64,000 nucleotides of DNA from Minutocellus sp. GHC0000111 (Eukaryota), in the NCBI GenBank assembly GCA_977018835.1, contig OZ361260.1, positions 1,612,001 through 1,676,000 of the forward strand. The letters run 5' to 3'. The notes under the pieces were generated by a model that saw only the letters and a program-made list of their open reading frames with translations, was not told where the DNA came from and did not search any database. A program made the position numbers and the translations under genes. Shown here one piece after another: positions 52,521 to 63,279 of this stretch (positions are counted from its first letter, which is position 1; every line of letters begins with the position of its first letter).

Positions 52521-53234
52521 TCACCAACCCATTTCTTCTTTAAAGCATTTCTCACAAACAAAACGAGTGCAGCCTGAGAAGGGATCGAGGAATCGTGGGA
52601 GGGGTTCTCCTCCACATTTGTGGCAATCTGGAGATACTTTCTCAGGGCTTCTGCTTAGGAAGATCTTCCGATCTGGTTCGGCGCTGCGGTACTGCTGGAT
52701 CAAGTGGCATGTTACGAAACTCCTTTTCTCTGCATCGGTTTTCATGGCATCAAAGTCTTTCATGGTGAAGGGTTTGCCTTGTGAGTCCTGATACTCGAAA
52801 CCCATGGCAAAGAAAGCAAGGGCGGATTTGCGCAAGTTCTTCGTCTCCAGTAGCTCGGAGGTCTTTCGCTCTTCGCCGAACTGACATTCGCACACGAACT
52901 TGCATGCGAGCATCGCCTCTCCGTTTGGCTTTCCCAAATCGTGGCACCGAATGCTCGAGATGGGACTAGGCCCACCTGCCCTTTGAAGCACTTCGCACAT
53001 CCTTTTGTTATGTGTCGTCAACCCGAAGGGTAGGACGAAGATGCCATCAACCACGGCACCTTCTGGAACTTTTTGCTTCCAAGCTCGTTTTAGACACGAT
53101 GCGTCACAGAACTTGGAAAGCTTGCAATTTGCACAACGCCGTTTTCCTTGTCCCGGTCTGCATGCATCACACGAAGGCGGTATTCCTTCTGACGGGTAAC
53201 CAAGTAGGGGGGTAGTTCCGCCGCGCTGGCTCAT
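52521..53234 (-). CDS. MYND-type zinc-finger protein
   Basis: CDAC..RCANCKLSKFCDASCLKRAWK; second Cys cluster CHKC..CTRFVCEKC. Confidence 0.7.
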   Translation of the reverse strand: MSQRGGTTPLLGYPSEGIPPSCDACRPGQGKRRCANCKLSKFCDASCLKRAWKQKVPEGAVVDGIFVLPFGLTTHNKRMCEVLQRAGGPSPISSIRCHDLGKPNGEAMLACKFVCECQFGEERKTSELLETKNLRKSALAFFAMGFEYQDSQGKPFTMKDFDAMKTDAEKRSFVTCHLIQQYRSAEPDRKIFLSRSPEKVSPDCHKCGGEPLPRFLDPFSGCTRFVCEKCFKEEMGW

Positions 53235-53622
53235 TTCGTCTCTTGACTCGCGCTTCCGATGGCAGTGCAGAAGGCAAGGAGGAATGAGGCGGCCAGCCGC
53301 CGGTCAGCAGCTTTTCGCCGATTTGATTTGACTTCGCTTTCGCATGCTTGGATTGAGAGGCGTTCCAAACAGGTCCCGGAGAGGCCTCCAGAAATCGGGC
53401 CTGGCTGGAAAACGAGGTTTCTGACTCGATTTGAGAAAAGGCCTGTCCGGCATCTGTCCAAACGACACTGTCTCGAAACAGGCCTTGGGCGATGAGCGAG
53501 AACGAGGCAACCCGGAACCCTGCGTGATGTGTGGTTTTTGGCCAGTTCAAAAAGGACGACACGGTGCCGCTGATAAGCAGGGATAGCTCCGTGAGCGGCC
53601 AACCATGTAAGCTAAAACGATA

Positions 53623-54246
53623 ATGTGTGCCCCAAGCCTTTATAAGCTGATGAAGCAGCGCCGCAAACGGCGCTCTCGTCGGCAGGAGCGCGAGGAAGAG
53701 GAGCTTGCCGCCGCGGCCTTCCTGTATCTTACGCTCTCCGACGAGGAATGGGATGAACTCAACGAGTCCAAACTCAACGGCGGGTCCAAGAAGGGCAAGA
53801 AGAATATCATCCGCCGACGGAAGGAGGTCGAAAGCATGTTTGCTTAGCTCGGCAATAAGGCTCGTCGGTCGTATCGCATGTCGATCGAGTCCTTCCTGCA
53901 TCTCCACGACATTCTCGAGGAGGACCTGAAAGCTTACTTTTCCACCACCTCCGCGTCCGCCGACGAGCAGGCCGGTGCTCCAAACGGTCGTATCTCAACT
54001 AAGCTTCGTCTTTCCGCGGCCATCCGCTTCTTTGCGGGTGGTGGCGCCAGTGATAGGAACGCTGTCGCCCTGGACGAGCTCGACTGTCCAGCTCCTCTTT
54101 TGGGCGGCGGGCATCACTGGAAGGACGTGGAGGGCGGCCGGAAGCCGGAGAGGGACGGTGGGGACACACCGATGCGAGCGATGCTTCGGCAGGTGAAGGA
54201 GAAGTGCCTGCTTCGTCCGCCAGTGAGGGAGAGAGGTGGGAGATAG
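53623..54246 (+). pseudogene. Harbinger transposase remnant lacking the DDE core
   Basis: RRSYRMSIESF..LH and APNGRISTKLRLSAAIRFFAGG are joined directly to a C-terminal-type LLGGGHH..LLRP; stop at 53845-47. Confidence 0.8.
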
Positions 54247-54419
54247 AAAGTAGTATAAAATAGAAATAGATCGTCGGGATAAAACGAGATACAGCGTTAC
54301 ATGCAAGTTAGGATCCCAATCTTATTTTGTCTCTAATATATATTACAGGGGGGGGGATGTTCTACGCTCAATTGAAAAGAAGACCCGCCGTAGCTCTACT
54401 ATGAAGCTGGACGAGTATT

Positions 54420-55183
54420 TCTATGAACTAAGAATAGTCGTCCGACCCCTCTTCACATCTTGTAGCAGCCAGATTCGGCATCATAATCGGCATTGGGATC
54501 ATGTTCACTCTTCCCATATTCATACTCGGCATTGTTTTCGGTTGCATAATTCACGTCATGGCTCAACAATGCTTCTTTCTTTACAGCCTTGATAGGACTG
54601 ATTCCATTGTCATCGTCGTCGGATAATTCAAACTCGTCGTTGTCGCCGTCGTCATCTGCGCCCTCACCAGAACCGGTGATCGTCCATCCCGTCGCAATAC
54701 TTTAGGACGGTGGAAAGCGGAGCAATAGAGAGCGTGTGAGTGGTACACTGGGAGTTGCTGCTACTGGTACTGCCAGCAGCGGCAGCGGCTCCTTGACGAG
54801 AGGCGGGGCCGGACGTGCCGGAAGGCGCGGGAGCGGGAGCAGCGGAGCAGCAGTTGGAGGACGGACCACGGCCGTCGTCGCGTCGTCGCGGCAGCCGTAG
54901 GGGCGGAGTTCGAGGTAGCGACGCCCACGCCGCTAAGCCCAATATTCGCCGGAAGGGGTGACATCGCGAGAGTACCGTTGCCTTCGTGAGGAGACCTGCC
55001 CGTCCTCTGCCTCTTCTATGCGTTGGTTGGAGTTGTCAGCAGTAGAATCGGCGGGTGCAGATACATCGGCGCCGGCCGAGGCAGCGGTAGCACCAGCGAC
55101 GCCCGGGACTGCCGAAGGAGCACGGCCATTATTCGGGGCGGTCGACGGCGGGTCCATCGTGGCGGTAGGTTCCATGTCGATGC
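54420..55183 (-). pseudogene. Remnant of the Harbinger second (accessory) ORF
   Basis: Broken low-complexity ORF convergent on the transposase, inside the TIRs; no Myb domain visible. Confidence 0.45.
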
Positions 55184-55576
55184 AGTAAACCCAGTCCAAA
55201 CACACGACACCGCTACAGGTGGGAAAAGGAGATATGGCAGAATTCGGCTGCCGCTCTCCGGGTTGCCTCGCTCCCCAGCTGGCTTCCGAAATCGATTTCG
55301 CGTTTCGGAAGCTTTGCGGAGAGCGAGGCAACCCGGAAGCTTTTAAAACTGGAAAACGAGGCAACCCGGAACTCGTTTTCCAGCCAGGCCCGATTTCCGG
55401 AGGCCTTCCGGGACCTGTTTGGAACGGCTCTGAGGGAGCGGCGACTTGGGGTCCACAGGCATACTCTCATCTCTCGGCCGCGCGCGCCTCGCCTCTCGGC
55501 TCTCGGCGCGGCCGCCTCGTATCGTGCGGGAGGGAGCAGTCCAAAGACCATCAGGCAGAGAAAGAAGCGAGCAACG

Positions 55577-56548
55577 ATGGTTACAACAAGGAGCCAGACG
55601 GCACGTAGTAAAGCAGATGTGCTAACATCAGCACCGCCACCGTATCACTCGGTGCTGTTCGTGCTCCTCGCGGCCATTATTTTTATCAAGTGCCTACCGA
55701 CGCTCGAGCACATTGATGAGGTGGCTACAATTGACACGATGACGCACGGCCTATTCGTCGGACCAAAGTCTCTCGCTCTTATTCGGCTGCTCATTTCTGT
55801 GTTCATTCTCGGCGTGACGGTAAAACGTGTGATGGGCCCTGGCGTTGCTCCGCAGCCAACATATTTGCCCCATAGCAAGCTCCGGTCGGCACCCCTTCGC
55901 CTCGTTGGACTTCGCAGTTTGGCGCCCTTCACTTTGTGGTGCTGGGTCCTACTGGGCGTCACGTTTGCGCTGACTGGTACTATTCCTTTACTCTACACGC
56001 TGGATCGGAAGGATATCATACACCGCTGGCATCTACGTTTGGCATTGCTGGCATTTGAGATATCAGCCCCATGTGCCTTTTTGGTGTCTACCTGCGTGAA
56101 GTATGCTCTGTGGCCTCATGCATATCGGAGCAAGGGCAGTGAGGGGACCAAGGTCTTTCGATCCTTTTATGGAATTGTCACGCATAATTTGAATGTGATA
56201 TTTGTAATTACAGAGGTGGCGCTGCTTGGAGGTCTTCCAGTTGATATGTCGCATGTTGCGATAGCACCAATCATTGGATTGCTGTATGTGCAGTTCGCTT
56301 GGTGGATGAGTGACCGATGGCACCCAAAGGAAGAACACCGAGGTCCCCAATACCTTTATTTCTTTTTGGATACGACACTGGGTTGGACAACGACAAAGGC
56401 ATTGGCTGCGTTGCTGGTGGTTCTCTTGGTATTTTTCGTGGTGTTTAGCATCATTGATGACGTGCTCGAACATCTTCAAGGTGGCTTGTTTTTGCATGTG
56501 GTGGCTTGCATCCTGGCATCATGCTTGGCTTGTAAAATAAGAGACTAG
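55577..56548 (+). CDS. Multi-pass membrane protein (FAR-17a/AIG1 or rolling-stone-like)
   Basis: About 7-8 TM helices; PFTLWCW, THNLN, YLYFFLD. Confidence 0.75.
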   Translation: MVTTRSQTARSKADVLTSAPPPYHSVLFVLLAAIIFIKCLPTLEHIDEVATIDTMTHGLFVGPKSLALIRLLISVFILGVTVKRVMGPGVAPQPTYLPHSKLRSAPLRLVGLRSLAPFTLWCWVLLGVTFALTGTIPLLYTLDRKDIIHRWHLRLALLAFEISAPCAFLVSTCVKYALWPHAYRSKGSEGTKVFRSFYGIVTHNLNVIFVITEVALLGGLPVDMSHVAIAPIIGLLYVQFAWWMSDRWHPKEEHRGPQYLYFFLDTTLGWTTTKALAALLVVLLVFFVVFSIIDDVLEHLQGGLFLHVVACILASCLACKIRD

Positions 56549-56895
56549 GCACGTAGTTCAGAGGTGTTATTTGTTCATAACATTGCAATTCATGCATTGT
56601 TGGGAGGATCTTTGGCCTCCCGGAACCTGTCGACGACGTTGCTTCGTTGCTGCGCCTTTTGGTACGGCAGTTAGTCGAGCGGGTCTTTCGCCTGCTGCTG
56701 CCTTCTTCTACGTACGAGGTCAGATTCGCGAGAAATCGAGCGCCCGTGTTTTGACTGCTTTCGAGGGGATTGAAAAGCGCCTCGAAGAATAGTCATGCTG
56801 AAATATTTAAGAAAATGGCTATTTTTACTCTAATTTTTATTTATCTTCATGTGAAACAATAATTCGGATAAGACTTTAGATTTTAGCGGCTCTAA

Positions 56896-57317
56896 TCAAA
56901 TGGACGCGTTCGTGCGACGCGACGGTTCGGCCTCCATCTCGTCTTCATCTTGAACGATGGCATGATACTCGCCTCGGATCGGCAGTACGATGCATTCGTC
57001 CCGGATCTCGCACCACAGCCAATCCGGGATGAGCTTGAGCTTCTTTAGCTCCCGCTTCACGCCGTTGAACTTGTAGATGAAGGTAACTGAGGAGTGGAAC
57101 ATCTCCGCGGCCTTGTCGCACACACCGATTCAGTTATTGCCACGACATCATCCATGTCGAGGGGCATGTTCTCGGCCCTTATCGCCCGGCAGACGAGTCG
57201 ACTGACGACATTGAGGAGCATGTGCTTCTCAAAATCCTCGGGCCCGTCAATCTTGAGAGTTTTCTCCTGGTCAATGATGATGGCCAAGACAGCGGTGAGA
57301 GTATGTGTTCAATCCAT
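56896..57317 (-). pseudogene. Possible second, divergent ORF inside the mariner element
   Basis: Protein-like frame AIIIDQEKTLKIDGPEDF..DKAAEMF..LIPDWLW, broken by a CA slip at about 57121; strand assignment is ambiguous. Confidence 0.35.
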
Positions 57318-58829
57318 TTGTGTCTCGGGCGGAAGTCGAAGCTGAGCATTTCGACGACGCGATCGGCATACTTGGACCGGTATACTGCTTCCCAACGAGT
57401 GCCGATGATTCATCTGATTCGGCCGCCTTCCGTTCTGTCATCGACGATCTTGCAACGGCGACCCGGCGGTATACTGCACCATGTCTCTTTGCAATTGCCA
57501 AGTGCAGGGAGCAGGCAAAGGTGGACTATTCGGTGCTGTCCAGCGCAGAGCATGGTGCACGATTTTCGGGATGGATGAAGGCGTATGGTGCTCTACCTGC
57601 ATCTGAGAAGGCGATGTGGGAGATGAAGAGGAGATCTCATCTGGCTATGCAGCCATACATTCGAGATGTTATGTTGTTGATGCTCTGATACGAAATCCTC
57701 GGGAATCTTGGCGGGAGCTGGAGGTGGATGTCAACTTTTGGTGTTCCTACTCGGCAATACGGCGGTGGATAATGTCGCGGGAAGGGTTCCGGTACTATGC
57801 CGAAAGGATCATCCTTCTCCTTACTACACATCAGATGGAGAAACATTTGGCATTTGCGCGGAAATTCCGAAACAATTGGGGGCTCGGAGGTGGCAAGTTT
57901 CTCCTTGTTATGTTCGATGAGAAGTGGTTTTGGGGCTTGGTTCTTCGATCGCATGCCAAGCAAGTTGCAGAATTGGGTATTGATCCTCGGTCCTTCTCGG
58001 CATATCACCAGAATCACATCAACAAGTGCATGGTGGTGGCTGTCACTGCCTTGGCTTTTATTGACAGCATTGAGAATGGCGGCATTGCGTTCAAGCTTGG
58101 ACTTTTTCGGGCTCAGGCGCATAAAATTGCGAGGCAGATGGTAAGGGAGGCGGTGCGGCAGGCAGATGGTAGAATCAAATATTGCGGCCCGGTGGTTCGG
58201 AAGAAAGACGATCTATGCCTTGTGGATTGCGCGGTGGTGACTGGATGCAGCCATGGCACCCTTGATAATCCCAAGTTCCCACTGAAAGCTTTGTTTGAGA
58301 ACAAGATATTTCCGGATGTTGAGGCTTTGGTCGGACCTGGCGGAAAGTTTGAAGGCTATGTCCCTATTTTCCAGGGCGACAATGCTGGGCCCCATGCCGA
58401 GACTGAATTTGTGGAACATGTGGAAGGACACTGTCGGGACAAGGGATGGCGTTGGGAACCTCAGGCCCCGCAAATGCCCCATATGAATGTTCTTGATCTG
58501 TCTGTTTTCCCTTGCATGTCAAAGCAGCATACAATGTTGTGCCGCGATCGGGAGGGGCTGAAGGTTTTGACAGAGGATCAGAGACTTGGGATGCAGCGGA
58601 GGAAGTTTGGATGGGGCTGGAAAACTGGAAGATCGCATCGGCATACATCCAGGCTCATAGAATTGCAAAGAAGGTAATCGTTGCAAAAGGCAACAATGAT
58701 TTTCTTGGAAACGGTGAAGGCATTCATGTTGGGGTGCGAAAGGATTTCAGGCCGACTGAAAATGGCATGGTTCGGATAGATGGGAAAATTATCGCTCCTC
58801 CTCCTGCTGATCCAACCATGGATAATTAG
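57305..58829 (+). pseudogene. DD38D mariner-like transposase, frameshifted
   Basis: MFDEKWFW, FQGDNAGPH-x-PQAPQMPHMNVLDLSVFP (38 residues between D2 and D3). Frameshifts near 57670 and 58582. Confidence 0.88.
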
Positions 58830-59048
58830 TCCTGCGGTGCTTTTAAGTTATATTGTGTTTAATAATACTAGATTGGATTGTAGATCTGGATATACTAGCT
58901 GCTGCAATACATGTACTTTGCATTGTACATGTGTTCAATGCCGGTAGATCTAAGATTCAGGCGGTTGCGGGCCCAAAAAGTCGCTGTTTTGGTCCCGACC
59001 CTGCGCTCGATTTCTCGCGAAACGGACTTCGTAGTAGCCTTGAAAGCG

Positions 59049-59084
59049 TACCTAGGCCTAGGTAGGCCTACCTAGGCCTAGGTA
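59049..59084. repeat. Perfect 36-bp nested palindrome
   Basis: TACCTAGGCCTAGGTAGGCCTACCTAGGCCTAGGTA equals its own reverse complement. Confidence 0.9.
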
Positions 59085-59245
59085 AGCAAGCAACACCGCA
59101 ACAACGAACGAACACAAACCTGCACAAACCAAAGGCTGCCGATGAGACGCCAAGCCGGAGGAAGTCTACTTGTTCAAGTATCAAATATCAATAGCATCGT
59201 GTCAGTCGCTCCCTCCATCAATTCCACGAGCGCACCCCTCACAAA

Positions 59246-60745
59246 ATGGAGATGACGCTACCACGGCATGAAGCAAGCGGTCCGTCTTTCTCCAGCCGTC
59301 TCACTCCACGTGCCAGAGCCGTCGGCTGGATGGCGTTGGCAACAGGGGCTCATTTTGCAGCATATGAATTGGCGCGGAGTGCAACGCTGGCAATATTCAC
59401 TTCCAAAAAGACCGGGTTCGAAAGCTCGTCGGCCCTGCCGCTGGCGGTGGGGTGCGTATCGCCCTTCTCGGTAGTGCTGCTCAGCTGTTACAGTTTTCTC
59501 CTCGACAAGCACGGACCGAGGACGGCCATCCGACTCACTACCTACATGTTTGCGGTGGTCCTTATTATTTGTTCGATGATATTATGTCTGTGTCGACCAG
59601 TAGATGTTGCCGATGACAATGAGAGCAACAGTGCTGCTCAGTTGGGGTACATGCGGAACATATCAAGGGCGACGGTATTTATGCTCTTTGTTTATCAGAA
59701 TGCATCGGTCAGACTGTTGCACTCCCAGCACTGGTCCTTCATATCGAGTGTAACTCTCAAGAGCGAGGCCAAGGTTTGGTTTGCACCAATCACCGGGCTG
59801 GCATCACTCACATCGACCATATCGGCGGGAAGCATATCGTATCTCTTGGAGAGCTTTAATCTGTTTGGGCTGCTCGGGTTGGCAGCATCTCTAATGCTTG
59901 TGGGCAGCCGATGCAGTGATAACGCATATCGGACAGCCGCAATACACAATTTCACACCGACCAAAGAATCTGATGACAAGATGAGTACCAGCCCAAGTCC
60001 GAAGGCGCAGGCACCAGATGCAACGCCGGGACGAGAAAAATGGCATGACAATGAAATGACAGAGGGTGACGACTCGGGTCATTCGTCAAGCAAATCATTG
60101 TTTGCCAAGGCCAGGACTCTGTTTAGACGGGTGCCAATACTCGGTGCGCTCTTTGTGGAAGTTTTGCTTTGCCAATCGCTTTCATCGCTGCTAAACTTTT
60201 TATTTTTGGTAAAAACCAAAGAGGCCATACCCAATGATGAAGAGCGAGCGGGCTGGAGTGGAAAGTGCTACGCCTGGACGAACGGTGTGTCCGGCTTTCT
60301 CCAATTTGTTGTGATGCCCATTGCCATGAAGTGGGTAGATCCGCGATACATATGGCTGGTGATGCCGTCAACTATGCTCATCCTCGTACTACGCCAGTGC
60401 CTTGCGACACAGTCGTCCCTCTTGCTAGTTGGTCTCTCCTTCTTTTGGATGAAGACGCAAGAGTACAGTTTTCGACCCGTAGTTTCGGAGTTGATCTATG
60501 TGACGATGGACTTTGAATCGCGATATCTTGGCAAAGAAGTAATCAACTTGATGGCCGACCGCATGGGAAAGAGCGGGATGGCAATGGCGTTGTTCGTCGC
60601 ATCTACATTTTACGATGAGCAGGATCTGCTCAGCACGTTGTCAAAGGTCGCTTTTGTCGCAGCTTGTGTGTGGTTCCTATCTTCTCTGAGATTAGTGCGC
60701 CTTATCTCACCAGGCCGGTGGCACTCAGAGGAGGCCAGTCGATAA
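59246..60745 (+). CDS. MFS transporter, NTT/TLC (ATP/ADP translocase-like) family
   Basis: AYELARSA, QHWSFI, FAPITG, KTQEYSFR..SELIY, ESRYLGKEVI..DRMGKSG; about 12 TMs. Confidence 0.78.
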   Translation: MEMTLPRHEASGPSFSSRLTPRARAVGWMALATGAHFAAYELARSATLAIFTSKKTGFESSSALPLAVGCVSPFSVVLLSCYSFLLDKHGPRTAIRLTTYMFAVVLIICSMILCLCRPVDVADDNESNSAAQLGYMRNISRATVFMLFVYQNASVRLLHSQHWSFISSVTLKSEAKVWFAPITGLASLTSTISAGSISYLLESFNLFGLLGLAASLMLVGSRCSDNAYRTAAIHNFTPTKESDDKMSTSPSPKAQAPDATPGREKWHDNEMTEGDDSGHSSSKSLFAKARTLFRRVPILGALFVEVLLCQSLSSLLNFLFLVKTKEAIPNDEERAGWSGKCYAWTNGVSGFLQFVVMPIAMKWVDPRYIWLVMPSTMLILVLRQCLATQSSLLLVGLSFFWMKTQEYSFRPVVSELIYVTMDFESRYLGKEVINLMADRMGKSGMAMALFVASTFYDEQDLLSTLSKVAFVAACVWFLSSLRLVRLISPGRWHSEEASR

Positions 60746-60832
60746 TACTAAGACGCATTACATCGTTGAAGTTATATACCAGCTAACTTTTAGACACTCT
60801 TATGCGATACCCTCCTAAGATATATATATATA

Positions 60833-61582
60833 TGTTAGTCCCAAAATGCGCACTGTCCCAGTTCGCGAACTGGGATCCCAGTTTGCGAACTGAGATTCAT
60901 TTATCCCAGTTTGCGCACTGGGCCCCAGTTCCCAAACTAGGATCTCAGTTTGCGCACTGATACTACCAGAATGGAAACTGAGATAAACACGCCAATCCGA
61001 CTTTGGGAACCAGACGAGTTCGCGAACTGGAACAAAAATGAATACCAGTTTGGAAACTGGCATTCTCGGCAAGTGTCGGAATGGTAACTGCCGGTGTTGG
61101 CTCATGCACAATGATTATGTACTGGTAGATCTATCTACAATACAAGTTGCACTGTGCATCATATCTTGAATTTGCAAGCTACATGTACTGGTACAGTAGC
61201 AACATGATGCCGGCATTGCACAGATGCATGTACAGTTCATGACTTATATTTGCCAGAAGCAGCTAGCTAGATATTATTATTTATTCACTATATGTATTTA
61301 GTATCAGCTAATGCCAATTTATTGAGTATCAGCTCCGGCACTAATGTCGTCTGGACGTCTGGACCAGGTTTGGGCTGTGTTGCTTCACTATGAAAAAATG
61401 AAGCGAGGAGAAGCAAAGGCGATATCATCCATGCTAAAGATTCATTATTTCTCGATTGATCCCAGTTTGCAAACTGAGATTGTGCCTATGATCCCAGTTT
61501 CCAAACTGGGATAAATAAATCCTAGTTCGCAAACTGGGATCCCAGTTCGCGAACTGGGACAGTGCGCATTTTGGGACTAACA
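60833..61582. mobile_element. Non-autonomous TIR element (MITE, 750 bp) inserted in a (TA)n tract
   Basis: TGTTAGTCCCAAAATGCGCACTG... TIRs are perfect for 59 bp and near-perfect to about 90 bp; internal CCCAGTT..AACTGGG palindromic units; (TA)n on both sides. Confidence 0.92.
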
Positions 61583-61623
61583 TATATATCACAATGGCGA
61601 CAATATACTGAAGCTGTCTATGT

Positions 61624-62484
61624 TTACGCGCAGCTCGGAAAGCTCTGCTTTTGCTTCATGTTTTCAATTGGTGTGTTCCTGATGCAGTGTTCGACCTTCT
61701 TTTCGTTCATTTCTGGCCGAGACGACTGAATTGGCCCGCCCTCAACTTCGAGATCTACACCTCTTTGCCGGCGATCTTCCTCGGCACAAGCCTTGTCTTC
61801 AAATCGAAGCGGCTGCTTCACGTACTCCTCATCGATCCTAGCCAGTTTGACGGCCCGGTCACGGGAATAGCGCGAATTGCGATACGAGACGTTTGCTAAG
61901 AGGAAGGACGGGGTGCCTGTCGATTGACCAGTCTCCAAACGGTAGGCCTGCTGTTCTCGTAGAATTGTAGCAACGTGCTCCTGCGTCTTTTGTACCTTCT
62001 GAGAAAGCTTGGACTTGTGATGTTCGATTCCCCGGAAGCAAATTTCAGCTTCGGACTCATTTGCAACGGAGTAGATTCGATTGCGAATTTCAGTTGTGCT
62101 TTCTCCGAGCTCGCATCGGAGTGCAAGGACACTAATGCACATCTCCCTGTGCGAAGCAATCTTGTCTTCCGCGGAGAGCCATCTTTGTCGCCTTTCGTCG
62201 AGAGTCATTTCCTGAAAGCTGTCGATCAAGCTCATCTCAACGAATGGGTGGAATGACACTCGACGAGAAGTTGGTGTGGCGAGCGCATGCTTTGTAGTAT
62301 CGGAGGCCACCTTGGTCATTGTGAGAGATGAATTTCTTCTTTGCTTCTTTGTAACGGCGGCCAGCAAGATATTGGAGAGTTGTGTCCCAAGCGACGAGCG
62401 TCTTCTTGGCTTTGTTGACTTACTTCTTTTGGCTTCACTTGAAAATGATGCGTGGTCATCTATCGCAACTCTCTCGTCCCTCAT
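61624..62484 (-). CDS. Hypothetical protein of a diatom-type orphan family
   Basis: RRVSF..V, RWLS, CFRGIEH, ILREQ and LA.VSY..S..SRDRA..LA..D pattern. Confidence 0.7.
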   Translation of the reverse strand: MRDERVAIDDHASFSSEAKRSKSTKPRRRSSLGTQLSNILLAAVTKKQRRNSSLTMTKVASDTTKHALATPTSRRVSFHPFVEMSLIDSFQEMTLDERRQRWLSAEDKIASHREMCISVLALRCELGESTTEIRNRIYSVANESEAEICFRGIEHHKSKLSQKVQKTQEHVATILREQQAYRLETGQSTGTPSFLLANVSYRNSRYSRDRAVKLARIDEEYVKQPLRFEDKACAEEDRRQRGVDLEVEGGPIQSSRPEMNEKKVEHCIRNTPIENMKQKQSFPSCA

Positions 62485-63279
62485 CGTTCTTGTGATGTTT
62501 CAAGATCAAACTTACTGCACGGAGACTCTCCGTGCTTACTGTGCCAACGAGGAGGATATTTGTAGGACGCAGTCTGAGACGTTGCCGGCAAAGGCAAACA
62601 AAGCTCGGACTGTGACTCTGGCCGGTAGCGATACAAGTGCAGCTCAAGTATTTCCCGAACGAAAGCTTAGGCCTTCAAGTGATCAATGACTTCTCAAACA
62701 CACTCTTCGCCTCGTCGTCTCGTCGCCTGATTGATCTTCATTGTGATTTCCAGAGAATCCAATGCCGGTGCAATGACCATTGAAAAAGATGCTGCGTCTG
62801 ATGACTATCTGACCGAGCTTTTATTTTATTTTAGAGGAAGAACCAGTGTCCTTTTCTTAGCCACGCGACTGACGACAGCTGGCAGAGCCTCTAAGGTAAA
62901 CCCCCTTTCGTTTACCCGATAGCAACTCCTCTAACCTTTTGAAACAGGTCGAACTGTTACAAGTAGACGATTCCGCTTCAACACCATTTGGTTTGAAGAA
63001 AATCCGTCTAGGGGTTCCTGAGACATCGTTTTTTTGGCGTTTCCAGGACTCGAGGTTTGAGGTTTAGCGGAGAGGCTACCCCTCCGTTAGTCTCCACCAC
63101 CATTACCATGCAGTAACAACCGCGCAAGGCAGCTCTCGGCAGTGGACGAGAGTTAGCTGGGGCGCCATAGCAGCATTTCTGCTCGCGGAGAGGGACTTTG
63201 TAGCGTTCTACACGTTGCAAGTTACCTGCCTTGGTGTTAGACGCCGTGAACGAAAAGGTCCTAGGGACACCTAATTGGT

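Larger units (their letters stand above)
53357..55430. mobile_element. PIF/Harbinger transposon, internally deleted (2074 bp)
   Basis: About 60-bp TIRs GAG[G/C]CGTTCCAAACAGGTCCCGGA..GGCCTGGCTGGAAAACGAG; TGA TSD at 53354-56 and 55431-33; subterminal CGAGGCAACCCGGA repeats; two convergent ORF remnants. Confidence 0.9.
56715..59031 (+). mobile_element. Tc1/mariner superfamily DD38D-type transposon (2317 bp)
   Basis: 29-bp TIRs CGAGGTCAGATTCGCGAGAAATCGAGCGC (56715-43) and reverse complement CGAAGTCCGTTTCGCGAGAAATCGAGCGC (59003-31); TA TSD at 56713-14 and 59032-33. Confidence 0.92.

Noticed and set aside
53354..53356. TGA TSD as a mutated TAA
   Set aside because: It would need the same change on both sides; TNA targets are acceptable for Harbinger, so it was not counted as hypermutation evidence.
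60855..61100. CRISPR-like array of palindromic units
   Set aside because: Irregular spacing, no unique spacers of constant length, and it lies within MITE arms in a eukaryotic genome.
62790..62960. Hammerhead or HDV ribozyme (CTGATGA, CTGACGA)
   Set aside because: Could not assemble the required stems or the GAAA core by eye.
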